A DNA stretch of 64,000 bases, from contig OZ219801.1 in assembly GCA_964291655.2 (NCBI GenBank), positions 576,001 through 640,000 on the forward strand, given 5' to 3'. Origin of the DNA: Chloroflexota bacterium (lineage in GTDB: Bacteria; Chloroflexota; UBA11872; VXOZ01). Of this stretch, positions 9,477 to 18,892 are shown in pieces; position 1 is the stretch's first letter; each line of letters starts with the position of its first letter. Below the pieces are notes generated by a model that saw only the letters and a program-made list of their open reading frames with translations, was not told the origin of the DNA and did not search any database. The translations under genes and the position numbers were made by a program.

Positions 9477-10361
9477 ATGAAGGTACGTAAAGGGGTCTTT
9501 CTGGTTGCCGGACTGGGCACCCGCACACTCCCCGCGGCAAAGTCAGTCCCGAAAGTAATGCTGCCGCTTGCCGACAGACCGGCAATCCAGTACGTGGTTG
9601 AAGAGGCCGTGGCAGCAGGCATTGAGCAGGTCATCCTCGTCACGGCTACCGGCAATCAATCTGTCGAGGACTACTTCGATACCGCTTACCGCCTTGAAGA
9701 GAGTCTTGCCGCGAGAGGCAAGTGCAGGGAACTGGCGGAGCTGCAAGCGCTCAAGGAAATGGCAACGGTCATTGGCGTGCGCCAGCATGCGCCGCTCGGC
9801 ACCGGCGACGCCGTACGCACGGCCCGCAGCGTCGTCGGAGATGAGCCGTTCGCGGTTTTTCTCCCGGATGACGTCATTGACGGCACACCACCTGCCATCA
9901 AGCAGCTCATCGACGCGCATGAAATCTACGGAGGTGAGGTCGTTGCCGTTATGCCTGTGCCACATGCCCACGTCGATCGGTACGGCATCGTGGAAGGCAC
10001 ACACGTTGCGGCAGGCATTCAGCGGCTGCACCGACTCATCGAGAAACCGCCGGCAGACAAAGCGCCATCCAATCTGGCCATTGTCGGTCGCTACGTCTTT
10101 ACGCCGGCAATATTCGATTACATCGACCGAATCCCCGTTGGCTCCGGTGGGGAAGTTCAGATCACGGACGCTATAAACTCCCTTGCCCAAGCAGGTTCTG
10201 TCTACTCATGCGAGTTTACGGGCAAGCGCTACGATATGGGCGATAAAGTAGGCTACTTGAGCGCCTCTATTGACCTTGCCCTCAAGCGGCCTGACCTTAG
10301 ACCCGGGCTGCTCGCCTATCTGCGCAGTCTCGATCTCGACCATCTGGACACCGCAACGTGA
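9477..10361 (+). CDS. galU: UTP--glucose-1-phosphate uridylyltransferase
   Basis: AGLGTRxLPAxKxxPKxMLP, VEEAVAAGIE, RQHAPLGTGDAV, IEKP and GEVQITDA. Confidence 0.95.
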   Translation: MKVRKGVFLVAGLGTRTLPAAKSVPKVMLPLADRPAIQYVVEEAVAAGIEQVILVTATGNQSVEDYFDTAYRLEESLAARGKCRELAELQALKEMATVIGVRQHAPLGTGDAVRTARSVVGDEPFAVFLPDDVIDGTPPAIKQLIDAHEIYGGEVVAVMPVPHAHVDRYGIVEGTHVAAGIQRLHRLIEKPPADKAPSNLAIVGRYVFTPAIFDYIDRIPVGSGGEVQITDAINSLAQAGSVYSCEFTGKRYDMGDKVGYLSASIDLALKRPDLRPGLLAYLRSLDLDHLDTAT

Positions 10362-11455
10362 GCCCTGGGATTGCGCGCGCTCAGTTGTTTGCGGAGCTTA
10401 ACTCTCGCCGCGAACGCGTCTATGGCTACCTTCAAGCGGGAATTGATCCCAATGCTCTGCGTTCGCTCCACCTCGGTGAGGCAGTTGCCAGCTACCTGCA
10501 ACAGCCGGGCAAAGGGCTGCGGTCGAGCATCCTCCTCTTGTGCTGTGGCGCCACCGGCGGCGAAGAAGATCGCGCAGTTCCCGCCGCCGCCGCAGTGGAA
10601 CTCTTCCACATCTGGACGCTGGTACATGACGACATTATCGACCAGGACGACCTGCGCCGGGGCAGACCGACCGTTCATGCACACTTTGCGGAACGAGCCA
10701 CGCAAGAGCTGCGCTTGACCGGTGCTGACGCCGCCCACTATGGACGTACGCAAGCCTTGCTGGCCGGCGACCTGCAGCAAGGTTGGTCCGCTATGCTGCT
10801 CACGAAATCCACAACAGAGCGAGGCGTAGATGCAACTCTCGTTCTTCATCTTATCGCTGAGCTCTTTGGCTCAGTAGAGGCCCATCTCGTAGACGGTGAG
10901 GCGCTCGACGTGCAATTCAGTTTACAAGATATAACTGATATCACTGAGGACGAAGTGCTTGACATGATGCAAAAGAAGACCGGCGTTCTCTACGCATTTG
11001 CCGCCACCGCCGGGGCTTGTATCGGTCTGAACGCCTGGCGGCCGGAAGACTCTACGGTCTCAGCGCTGACAGACTTTGCCACCAACTGTGGTATCGCCTT
11101 TCAACTGCAGGACGACGTGCTTGGCGTAGTCGGGGATTCCGCTGCCACCGGCAAGCCGGTCGGCGCGGACATCAGAGAAGGTAAACGGACACTCATCGTG
11201 AAAGAGGCACTGCGCAATGCTTCTGCCGCACAGCATGAGCAAATACTCGACACCCTCGGCAACCGCACGGCCGGCGACGAGCAGGTCCAAGTCGTGACGC
11301 GATTGCTGCAGGATTTGGGTGGCGTTGCCCACGCGCATGCGCTCGCCCAAGCCTACATTGACCGGGCACACAGCAACCTCGCACAGGTACCGCAGCAGCC
11401 CCATCGTCAACTCCTGCACGCGATTGCCGACTTCGTCCTGGAGCGCGATTCCTAG
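10358..11455 (+). CDS. Polyprenyl diphosphate synthase (GGPP synthase/IdsA-like)
   Basis: GKGLR, LVHDDIIDQDDLRRG (first Asp-rich motif), KKTG, FQLQDD and DIREGKRT. GTGA overlap with galU. Confidence 0.93.
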   Translation: MSPGIARAQLFAELNSRRERVYGYLQAGIDPNALRSLHLGEAVASYLQQPGKGLRSSILLLCCGATGGEEDRAVPAAAAVELFHIWTLVHDDIIDQDDLRRGRPTVHAHFAERATQELRLTGADAAHYGRTQALLAGDLQQGWSAMLLTKSTTERGVDATLVLHLIAELFGSVEAHLVDGEALDVQFSLQDITDITEDEVLDMMQKKTGVLYAFAATAGACIGLNAWRPEDSTVSALTDFATNCGIAFQLQDDVLGVVGDSAATGKPVGADIREGKRTLIVKEALRNASAAQHEQILDTLGNRTAGDEQVQVVTRLLQDLGGVAHAHALAQAYIDRAHSNLAQVPQQPHRQLLHAIADFVLERDS

Positions 11456-11702
11456 CTCGTTTCTCGTTTGCATTCACTAGTGTAGTAGCGTACTCTAGCG
11501 CCAAGTAGACCACAGGGACTTAGCCCCCAGAGTGTGACAGTTTACACTACCGGTACGTCTCAAGAGAGCGGGCCTTCATCGCTCCAAGGGAGCCGAAAAC
11601 AGGCCCATTCTCACTCAACAGTGGCAAGGCCACCACCGCACGGTATTGCTTAGCAGACGATGCGCCGGGCTGGGCACACAATTTACCAAAGGAGAAGGCA
11701 AC

Positions 11703-12731
11703 ATGGCAGACGTTATGGGAGTTGGCTTGATTGGCCCCGGGTGGGTAGCCAGCGAGCACATTCGCGCTTTCAATAAGAATCCGCATACGCGTATGGTGGC
11801 AGTTTGCAGCCGGGACATGGCCCGCGCGCAGGCGGCGATTGACGAGTTTGGGCTTGACGCCAAGCCTTATACCGATTACGAACAAATGCTCGCTGATCCC
11901 AACGTTGACATAGTCTCCATCTGCACGCCCAACTTCGCCCACGCTGAGCAAGGCGCCCTGGCAGCGGAAGCGAACAAGCATCTCGTAATCGAGAAACCCA
12001 TCGCAATCTCAGCGGAGCAACTAGAGCGTTTGGTAACGGCGGTAAGTAAAGCCGGCGTCAAGAGTGTCGTGAGCTTTGTGTTGCGCTGGAACCCGTTAGT
12101 CCAAACGCTGCACCACCGGCGGGAAGCAGGCGACTTTGGGCGCCTCATCTATGCTGAAGCAGACTATATGCACGAAGTGGGCTACTTGCGTCCACCCGGT
12201 CACTGGGGCCGCTATCAGAAGAACGTGGGCAGCGCAATGCTCTCCGGCGGCAGCCACGCGATGGACTGCATCCGCTGGTTGACCGGCAAGAACGTGGAGT
12301 CGGTGTCTGCGTATGCCACTCCGGTGCGCTTGGAGGAAAAGGGCTTCGACTTTCCGCTCACCACAGCGGCAGTGCTGCAGATGGAGGATGGCGTCGTCGG
12401 CCGTGTAACCGCCACCATGGAAGCCCACATGCCCTACGTCTTCCACATGTCTTTGCAAGGCGATCAGGGCACGGCACGGAACAATCTCTTTTATTCCACT
12501 GCCTTTCCCGGCACCACCGGTTTTATGGAGATTCCAACTGTACCGCCGGATTCAGGCGACGTGGCCCATCATCCGTTCCAGGGGGAAATCGATCACATAG
12601 TTGATTGCATTCTGAATGATGAGGACTCTTTCGCCGACATCTTCGACTCGATAAATACCCATGAAGCGTGTTTTGCCGCCGATATTTCGGCCGCGGAAGG
12701 ACGCCCCGTCGCGTTGCCCCTCGTCGGTTGA
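11703..12731 (+). CDS. Gfo/Idh/MocA family oxidoreductase
   Basis: GLIGPG, ICTPNFAH, IEKP and GGSHAMD; AAGGAG RBS. Confidence 0.92.
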   Translation: MADVMGVGLIGPGWVASEHIRAFNKNPHTRMVAVCSRDMARAQAAIDEFGLDAKPYTDYEQMLADPNVDIVSICTPNFAHAEQGALAAEANKHLVIEKPIAISAEQLERLVTAVSKAGVKSVVSFVLRWNPLVQTLHHRREAGDFGRLIYAEADYMHEVGYLRPPGHWGRYQKNVGSAMLSGGSHAMDCIRWLTGKNVESVSAYATPVRLEEKGFDFPLTTAAVLQMEDGVVGRVTATMEAHMPYVFHMSLQGDQGTARNNLFYSTAFPGTTGFMEIPTVPPDSGDVAHHPFQGEIDHIVDCILNDEDSFADIFDSINTHEACFAADISAAEGRPVALPLVG

Positions 12732-12792
12732 GTCGAAGAGCGTGTTTGCAGTGCCTCAGGACTTTGCAGGCTGAAGTTTCCAAACTTGCAAA

Positions 12793-12951
12793 AGCCGTTC
12801 GTGCTGATGGCTTCGTGCCGCCGGCTCCGCGCAACCGGCTTCGCGCAGCCGGCTGCGCGGAGCGCCGGTTGAACCATGAACGGCCCTTCCACAAGCTCAG
12901 AGCTTGCCCCGTACGTGATACAGCGTATCGTACGATACGGGGGCGAACGGA
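12793..12951. repeat. Composite REP-like palindrome cluster
   Basis: ccgttcgtgctga...catgaacgg / ccttccacaagctcag...ggcgaacgg core, interrupted by palindromes ccggctccgcgc...gcgcggagcgccgg and gccccgtac...gatacgggggc. The core resembles copies at 52641, 52979 and 63088. Confidence 0.6.
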
Positions 12952-13005
12952 AAACGTAGCCCTACACCCCTTTGCAACACCCACCAAACGAGGTGAAGCG
13001 CAATC

Positions 13006-13842
13006 ATGCCAATCGTCGAATCTCACGTTCACATCTGGACCCAGGACAAGAAGTATCCCTTCTCGCCCACGCTGCCCGACGTGCCGGTGCCAACCACCGC
13101 TGCAACGGCTGAAATGCTGCTGGAAGAAACGGGCCGAGCAGGTGTCGATCACGTTGTTCTCGTCCAGCCTAGCACGTACGGCTGGGATAACCGGTACCTT
13201 GCTGACAGCATTGCCCTCTATCCTCAGCAGCTTGCCGGGGTCTGCCTAGTAGACCCCTTGGACGACACAGCGCCGGAGCAGCTTGAGTACTGGGTCACCG
13301 AACGCAACTTTCACGGCGTGCGGCTCCACGCGGTTCGACCCGACAGCGCCAGTTGGTTCACGACCGCACAAACCGACCGCATCTGGCGGAGGGCCGCAGA
13401 CCTTGGCATCCCAATCTGCTTACTCTTGGACTTAAAGCATGCCCCAATGGTTGAAGAGATGCTGCAGCGCTTTCCTCAGGTAGATGTTGTTCTCGACCAC
13501 ATGGGTCGCATTGATGTTTCGGAACAACCACCCTATCCCGTTTTCACCCGCTTTCTTGCGCTCGCGGACTTCCCCCGCACGTACGCCAAAGTCTCCGGCA
13601 TGCTGCACTATAGCGCCGAGGCGTATCCTTTCGCGGATACCCATCCCTTTTTCCGCAAGGCAAGAGACGCGTGGGGGCCGCAACGCCTCATGTGGGGAAC
13701 TGACTGGCCGATGTTGCTCGACAAAGCCGGATACCTACCCCGCTTGACCGCAGTCCGCGATGAGATGCCGTTCTTTAGCGAAGCCGATCTCGAGTGGATT
13801 CTCGGTGGGACTGCTCTGAGACTCTGGGACTTCGCCACGTAA
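13006..13842 (+). CDS. Amidohydrolase family protein (Amidohydro_2, lactonase-like)
   Basis: ESHVHIW, VLVQPS.YG.DNRY, VVLDHMG, AKVSG and LMWGTDWP. Confidence 0.9.
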   Translation: MPIVESHVHIWTQDKKYPFSPTLPDVPVPTTAATAEMLLEETGRAGVDHVVLVQPSTYGWDNRYLADSIALYPQQLAGVCLVDPLDDTAPEQLEYWVTERNFHGVRLHAVRPDSASWFTTAQTDRIWRRAADLGIPICLLLDLKHAPMVEEMLQRFPQVDVVLDHMGRIDVSEQPPYPVFTRFLALADFPRTYAKVSGMLHYSAEAYPFADTHPFFRKARDAWGPQRLMWGTDWPMLLDKAGYLPRLTAVRDEMPFFSEADLEWILGGTALRLWDFAT

Positions 13843-14224
13843 GGGTTCGGAGAAGCCGAACAACGCCTGTTGCAGGCTCAAACGTGAGTCATTGGGGCTG
13901 CAAGGCGTATGTCAAATAGATCTCACATGTGTTCGGTCGTTCGACCGTTTCGGCACTTCTTACTCACAGGGGTCCGCTATTTCCCAGCGCTTTCAATGGT
14001 TGAAGCTTAGATTGCTAGGGCTTTCAGTTTGTCTCCCCCACAACGACAAGCTTCTCAGTTTCTCCTGCAATGCCGTTCTCGTGAGCGTAGACCCACCAAG
14101 GCTTCCAACCCCTTCTCCAGCGCAGATCTCTCAGTCTTAGACTGTCGTTTTGCAGTGATCGACGGGGTAGTGTATTATTGACACAGACAGTTTGCTCAAT
14201 CCAGCCGAGCGGGATCAACGACGA

Positions 14225-15736
14225 ATGCCCGTGCATCTTAAACTCGGCAGACTGGCTACCTCTCTTGTTTTAGGTATCACCCTCAGTCTGCTTTCCTCTA
14301 CTCTGCCTCTCTACGCTGCTGATTCTATGGATCATGCGATCAGCGGCGGTCACTTCTATCGGCAAGCCAACGGATTCGGTGGCCAAGGCGACCGGGGATT
14401 CCTGATCTGGGATGAGCCTGGTGGCCCTGCATTCTACAGTGTGTTCCGCCAGCTTGGCGGCGTGAGAACGCTTGGCTATCCGGCCTCGCGGCAGTTTGAA
14501 GAAGACGGCTTCATCTATCTCGTTACCCAGGGCGCGCTGCTTCAGTACGACCCTAAGCTGGGTCAGGTGCTCCTTGCCAACACCTTCGAAATCCTCGAGA
14601 GAGCCGGCTTGAATGACCTACTCTATGCGCGCGGTATCCCCATGTCTATTGTCGATGATGGCTCAAACGGGGACTATGCAAAAGCGAAGCAGACGCGTCT
14701 CAGTTGGCTGACAAACGACGCCATCAAACGACATTATTTGAGCGTGGGCGGCGAGGAAAGGGCAATCAATCTCTTCGGTCTTCCCATGTCAAAGCCACAA
14801 GCGTTTGGTCCGTTCGTTACTCAGCGCTTCCAACGCATCACGCTCCAGTACTGGATAGAGGACATTCCCGGTATTGCGACAAGAGGTGACGTAAAGACAA
14901 TTCTCGGTGGAGACCTCTTGAAGGAGTTCGACCTGCTGCCGCTTGAAGCAAAGCTGCCGCACATGAGCTACGAACGTCCCTCTCCAATCAATGTCAGCAC
15001 ATTGCAGGAAGAGCAGCGTTTCGCAAACATCATTGCCGAAGGCAACTCAGAATTCACTGGTTCCTCCCGATCGCGCGTACACAACATTGTTTTGGCTGCG
15101 TCGAGGATTCATGGCAACGTCATCCAGCCCGGTGAGACCTTTTCCTTCCTGAAGGCACTTGGTCCTATTACCCTTAACGCCGGGTATCACACCGGTCTTT
15201 TGATCTGGGGAGACCAAACCATTTGGGGTGTTGGTGGCGGCGTCTGTCAGGTGTCAACTACGGTGTTCCGCGCTGCCTTCTGGGCCGGCTTGCCAATTAC
15301 GGAACGTAACCAGCACTCGTATCGAGTGAGCTATTACGAGCAAGACGGCAGTCCTCCCGGCTTCGATGCCTCAGTCTACAATCCGGGCCTGGACCTCAAA
15401 TTCGTCAACGACTCTGAACATCCCATTCTGATCCAAGCGCACGTTGACCCACACAGCATGGAACTTACAATCACGTTGCGCGGTAGGGAGCTCGACCGCA
15501 CCGTAGAGATGCTGCCGGCCATCGAGACGAACGTCGAGGCTCCGGGGCCGCCGCTGCCGGACACGCCGGATCCCAGTCTGCCATGGGGCGTACGCCTGCA
15601 AGTCGAGTGGGCCGTAGAGGGCGTAGAAACTGTGATTCAAAGGCAGGTGGTGCAAGGAGAGGATTCTCGTATCGATGAGTTCCGCAGCGAGTTCACTCCC
15701 TGGCGGGAACGCTGGGTAGTGGGTAGGGCGAGATAA
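14225..15736 (+). CDS. Secreted VanW family protein with N-terminal accessory domain
   Basis: Signal peptide. VanW core NIVLAA...IQPGETFSF, GGGVCQVSTT.FRAA..AGLPITER, DLKFVND. N-terminal LGYP.S / FGLPMS...QRFQR repeats. Start uncertain (14192-14231). Confidence 0.85.
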   Translation: MPVHLKLGRLATSLVLGITLSLLSSTLPLYAADSMDHAISGGHFYRQANGFGGQGDRGFLIWDEPGGPAFYSVFRQLGGVRTLGYPASRQFEEDGFIYLVTQGALLQYDPKLGQVLLANTFEILERAGLNDLLYARGIPMSIVDDGSNGDYAKAKQTRLSWLTNDAIKRHYLSVGGEERAINLFGLPMSKPQAFGPFVTQRFQRITLQYWIEDIPGIATRGDVKTILGGDLLKEFDLLPLEAKLPHMSYERPSPINVSTLQEEQRFANIIAEGNSEFTGSSRSRVHNIVLAASRIHGNVIQPGETFSFLKALGPITLNAGYHTGLLIWGDQTIWGVGGGVCQVSTTVFRAAFWAGLPITERNQHSYRVSYYEQDGSPPGFDASVYNPGLDLKFVNDSEHPILIQAHVDPHSMELTITLRGRELDRTVEMLPAIETNVEAPGPPLPDTPDPSLPWGVRLQVEWAVEGVETVIQRQVVQGEDSRIDEFRSEFTPWRERWVVGRAR

Positions 15737-15858
15737 CGAGATTGGAATGAACAGCGACATTCGGCGGCGTAATCCCTATCGAAACAGCTTGAGCCCCATC
15801 CTCCAGCCAGCCTAGACGCGGGACAGGCGATCCGCTCACTGGCGACCGTGAAATCAAG

Positions 15859-15901
15859 AGACCTGCCTTAGAGCGCTAAACAATCTGAGGCAGGTCTGTT
15901 T
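15859..15901. terminator. Hairpin between convergent genes
   Basis: agacctgccttaga / tctgaggcaggtct stem followed by gtttc. Confidence 0.55.
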
Positions 15902-15954
15902 CATTCAAGACAGAGGATGATGTAACGCAGAATCGAGAGCGTCCGCCGCCGCCA

Positions 15955-16728
15955 CTAGCTATTCATTACACGCTGCTCAAACTCGGAGACGACTGCCAGC
16001 AAGTGGCCATCAAGCCGTTGCAAGACTTCCTCGCGTATGTCCGGGGGCACGCCGCCAAAATAGGGTTCCGCAATCGACCCGGTAATGCAGGCCAGAGTGT
16101 CGGCGTCGCCGCCAAGTGAAATGGCGTTGCGGATAGCATCTTCGAAGTCCTTTGCTTCCAAGAAAGCCGTTATTGCCTGCGGCACCGTTCCCTGGCACGA
16201 TTCGTCAAAGCTGTACGTGGGTCGAATGTCATCCAGGGTTCGCCGCAAGTCGTAACCGCACGAGGATTCCACAAATTCTTTGATCTCGGTCTTGTCGTGG
16301 CCGGTCTTTGCAAGGAAAACTGCGGCGGCAGTGGCCTGCGCGCCTCGAATGCCCTCCGGATGGTTATGGGTAACTGCGGCACTGCGCTCCGCTAACTCCA
16401 TCGCCTCGTTGAGGCTGTTCGCAAAGTAGGCTACCGGGCTGACCCGCATTGCCGAGCCGTTGCCCCAACTATTGTACGGCGCGAACGAGTCTGACGTTGC
16501 CCAGACGTGAAAGCTCGTACCATATCCGGCACCGGGATAGCGCCCATAGTACTCCTTGAGCGTGACGGCATAGTCGAGATCGTGCAGCAACGCGTCGGCC
16601 AACGCGATAGTCAACACTGAGTCATCGGTAAAGAAGCACTTGGGGTCAATTAACGGAAAGTCCTTCGTCTTGGTAGCAATATACTCGTGTACCGAGCCGA
16701 TCACGTCACCAGCTATTGCGCCAAGCAC
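15955..16728 (-). CDS. ADP-ribosylglycohydrolase family protein
   Basis: GAIAGDVIG, FTDD, GNGSAMRVSP, THNHPEG and GGDADT. Confidence 0.93.
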   Translation of the reverse strand: MLGAIAGDVIGSVHEYIATKTKDFPLIDPKCFFTDDSVLTIALADALLHDLDYAVTLKEYYGRYPGAGYGTSFHVWATSDSFAPYNSWGNGSAMRVSPVAYFANSLNEAMELAERSAAVTHNHPEGIRGAQATAAAVFLAKTGHDKTEIKEFVESSCGYDLRRTLDDIRPTYSFDESCQGTVPQAITAFLEAKDFEDAIRNAISLGGDADTLACITGSIAEPYFGGVPPDIREEVLQRLDGHLLAVVSEFEQRVMNS

Positions 16729-16746
16729 TGCGCTGACTCCTTCTGG

Positions 16747-17622
16747 CTATCGCGCGTTAATGAAAACAATGGCAAACATGCCGAGAACGATGCCGGTGGC
16801 CGTGAGTCGTCCAAACCGCTCGCCAAAGAGCACCATGCCACCAATTAAAGTCGTTGCCAAGCCCACGGTTGCCGCCAGCGGAAACACGATCGTGCCGGGG
16901 AGGACCTCCAGCGCGCGGAGCAGCATGGCAATCTGAAAGAGGTTGGCTGCACCCATCAATACACCTAAGCCGATGTTGTGCCGCAGCGAAGCGGTCCTCC
17001 ATTCCGGCAAGCGGAAACGCTTGCGCAAGGGCCACACAAACGCGGCGCCCAAGGTTGCGGTCACGAACACGGAAGCGGTGTAGAGCGGTTGATACTCCGG
17101 TGTGCTCCACACGGCAAATGCTTTTGCCGCGGTAAATCCCACCCCGGAAAGAACTAGCACCACCAGCAACACACTCCACGTCCGCAGCGAGTGCCCGCGT
17201 CCGTTGCGCGCCGCCTGGTGCGCATCCGCACCCAACAGCGGCAAAGCTACGAACGCGAGCGCGAGACCGACCACTTGGAGCGCGGCCGGCTGCTCCCCCC
17301 ACAAAAAGACCGACGCCAGCGTTGGCAACGCGATTGAAAGACGAATGATGCCAAACGTAACACCAATACCGACGAGCTCTACTACCGTAAACAGCACCGC
17401 CAGGCTGATCTGGTATTGGAGTCCGTTGATAGCTCCCAAGACAATTACGCGCACGTCCAGGTCGGGAATACCGTTCAGCACCGCCCAGGTGACAGCCAAC
17501 AGGGCCGCTACCGCATAGTTGATAGTTCCTACGGTCAAATAGTGGTACTGCTTGCCCCGCGCCAGGCGCAGTGACATGGCAAACACAAAGTTGCCGAAGA
17601 CTTGACCGGCAATGAATATCAT
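16747..17622 (-). CDS. EamA/DMT family transporter
   Basis: About 10 TM helices in two repeats (FLWGE...LFGERF). ATGA overlap with the upstream oxidoreductase. Confidence 0.85.
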   Translation of the reverse strand: MIFIAGQVFGNFVFAMSLRLARGKQYHYLTVGTINYAVAALLAVTWAVLNGIPDLDVRVIVLGAINGLQYQISLAVLFTVVELVGIGVTFGIIRLSIALPTLASVFLWGEQPAALQVVGLALAFVALPLLGADAHQAARNGRGHSLRTWSVLLVVLVLSGVGFTAAKAFAVWSTPEYQPLYTASVFVTATLGAAFVWPLRKRFRLPEWRTASLRHNIGLGVLMGAANLFQIAMLLRALEVLPGTIVFPLAATVGLATTLIGGMVLFGERFGRLTATGIVLGMFAIVFINAR

Positions 17623-18662
17623 GCCGGCCTGAAGTGCGCAGGTTGAACCGGCATACCGGTCTGCCAAGATTCAATCGCGGCAAGCGCCACCGCGACCGTG
17701 TTGGCTCCCTCCCACACGTTGGTGAGGGGAGTTTCGTTCTTGACCACACACTGGTACACGTGATCGACCACGGCGGCAATGGGTTTTCCGCCTGGGGGTT
17801 GAAACGGCACAACCCATGCTTCTTCATCAAACGCGTGATTTGCTGATGAGACAAACTGTTTGTCGCGGTCCTGCTGCCCTCGCGCGCGCTCGATCGTGCC
17901 GTCGGTACCGAAGAGCACCAGGTTGTGCATTGTCTCCCGCACCAGGCCGTATGAGGTAGTGCACTTCCCTACGGCGCCGTTTACAAAGTGCAGATTGGCA
18001 ATCATACAGTCCGGGAAGGGAAAGTCCGGCAGAGCACGTCCCGCTGCCTCGCAATGGACTCGGTCTACGTCACCGACGAGCCAGCGCAGCATATCGAGAG
18101 AATGCGAGCCACCGCCAAGTATGGGGTAGTGCGAGTGTTCGGCGGAACCGCGCCAAACTGTCCGCTCGCGAATGAGCCGGGCAGTGTTGTGAAGGTAATC
18201 GGCCTCGGCATAGTAGATGTCCCCCAACCCCCCACCGACAAGGTGTTCCTTGATTGACTGGTAGTAGGGATAGAACCGCAAGACCTGATCAACTGCCAGC
18301 AGCTTCCCAGATTCCTCCACCGCCCGAATCATTGCCTCGCACTCCTGGAGCGAAATGCACATCGGCTTCTCCACAATGACGTGCTTGCCGGCGTGCAGAG
18401 CCTGCACCGCCATGGAGGCATGAAGCGCGTGGGGTGTCGCAATTACCAAGAGCTCAATGTCCGGGTCGGCCACAATCTCGGCGAAGTCCGTGTAGCAGCG
18501 CACATTTGCATGCTCTTGACTGACCGCCGCAAGCACGTCTCGCTCCTTACCGCAAATGGCGGTGACCGTCGCGTGGGGATGCGCGGCGAACGCTTCAACG
18601 AATCTCCGGCCTACTCCGAGTCCAACAACACCCACGCGCAAGCTGGGGAAATGCGATTTCAT
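17619..18662 (-). CDS. Gfo/Idh/MocA family oxidoreductase
   Basis: VGVVGLGVG, ATPHALH, VEKP and GGSHSLD. Start MKSHF after a GAGG RBS. Confidence 0.92.
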   Translation of the reverse strand: MKSHFPSLRVGVVGLGVGRRFVEAFAAHPHATVTAICGKERDVLAAVSQEHANVRCYTDFAEIVADPDIELLVIATPHALHASMAVQALHAGKHVIVEKPMCISLQECEAMIRAVEESGKLLAVDQVLRFYPYYQSIKEHLVGGGLGDIYYAEADYLHNTARLIRERTVWRGSAEHSHYPILGGGSHSLDMLRWLVGDVDRVHCEAAGRALPDFPFPDCMIANLHFVNGAVGKCTTSYGLVRETMHNLVLFGTDGTIERARGQQDRDKQFVSSANHAFDEEAWVVPFQPPGGKPIAAVVDHVYQCVVKNETPLTNVWEGANTVAVALAAIESWQTGMPVQPAHFRPA

Positions 18663-18892
18663 ACCGGCTACCTCTCTCACACTGGACTGTTGCACTTGCG
18701 CCCAGGCAACCGAGCGCAGCGTTCTCCATTCTAGCGTATTCCAGACTAAGTCACGCATGCTTTCCGTGAGAAAGAGCGTGGGTGGGAGACCTGACTTTGC
18801 ATCCAGCACTTCATTTGATAGTATGCTAGTCAAGATTTCGCATTATTGCATAGTTAGAGTTAGACCGAGTACCAACTAAAGGAAGTCTTATT

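Noticed and set aside
11564-11612. Hairpin upstream of the oxidoreductase considered as a ribozyme or riboswitch
   Set aside because: Lacks the hammerhead CUGAUGA/GAAA core and glycine riboswitch motifs.
16757-17854. Long alternative-frame and antisense ORFs (also 60773-61750, 61948-62877, 51134-51928)
   Set aside because: Shadows of well-supported genes in GC-rich DNA, with no motifs of their own.
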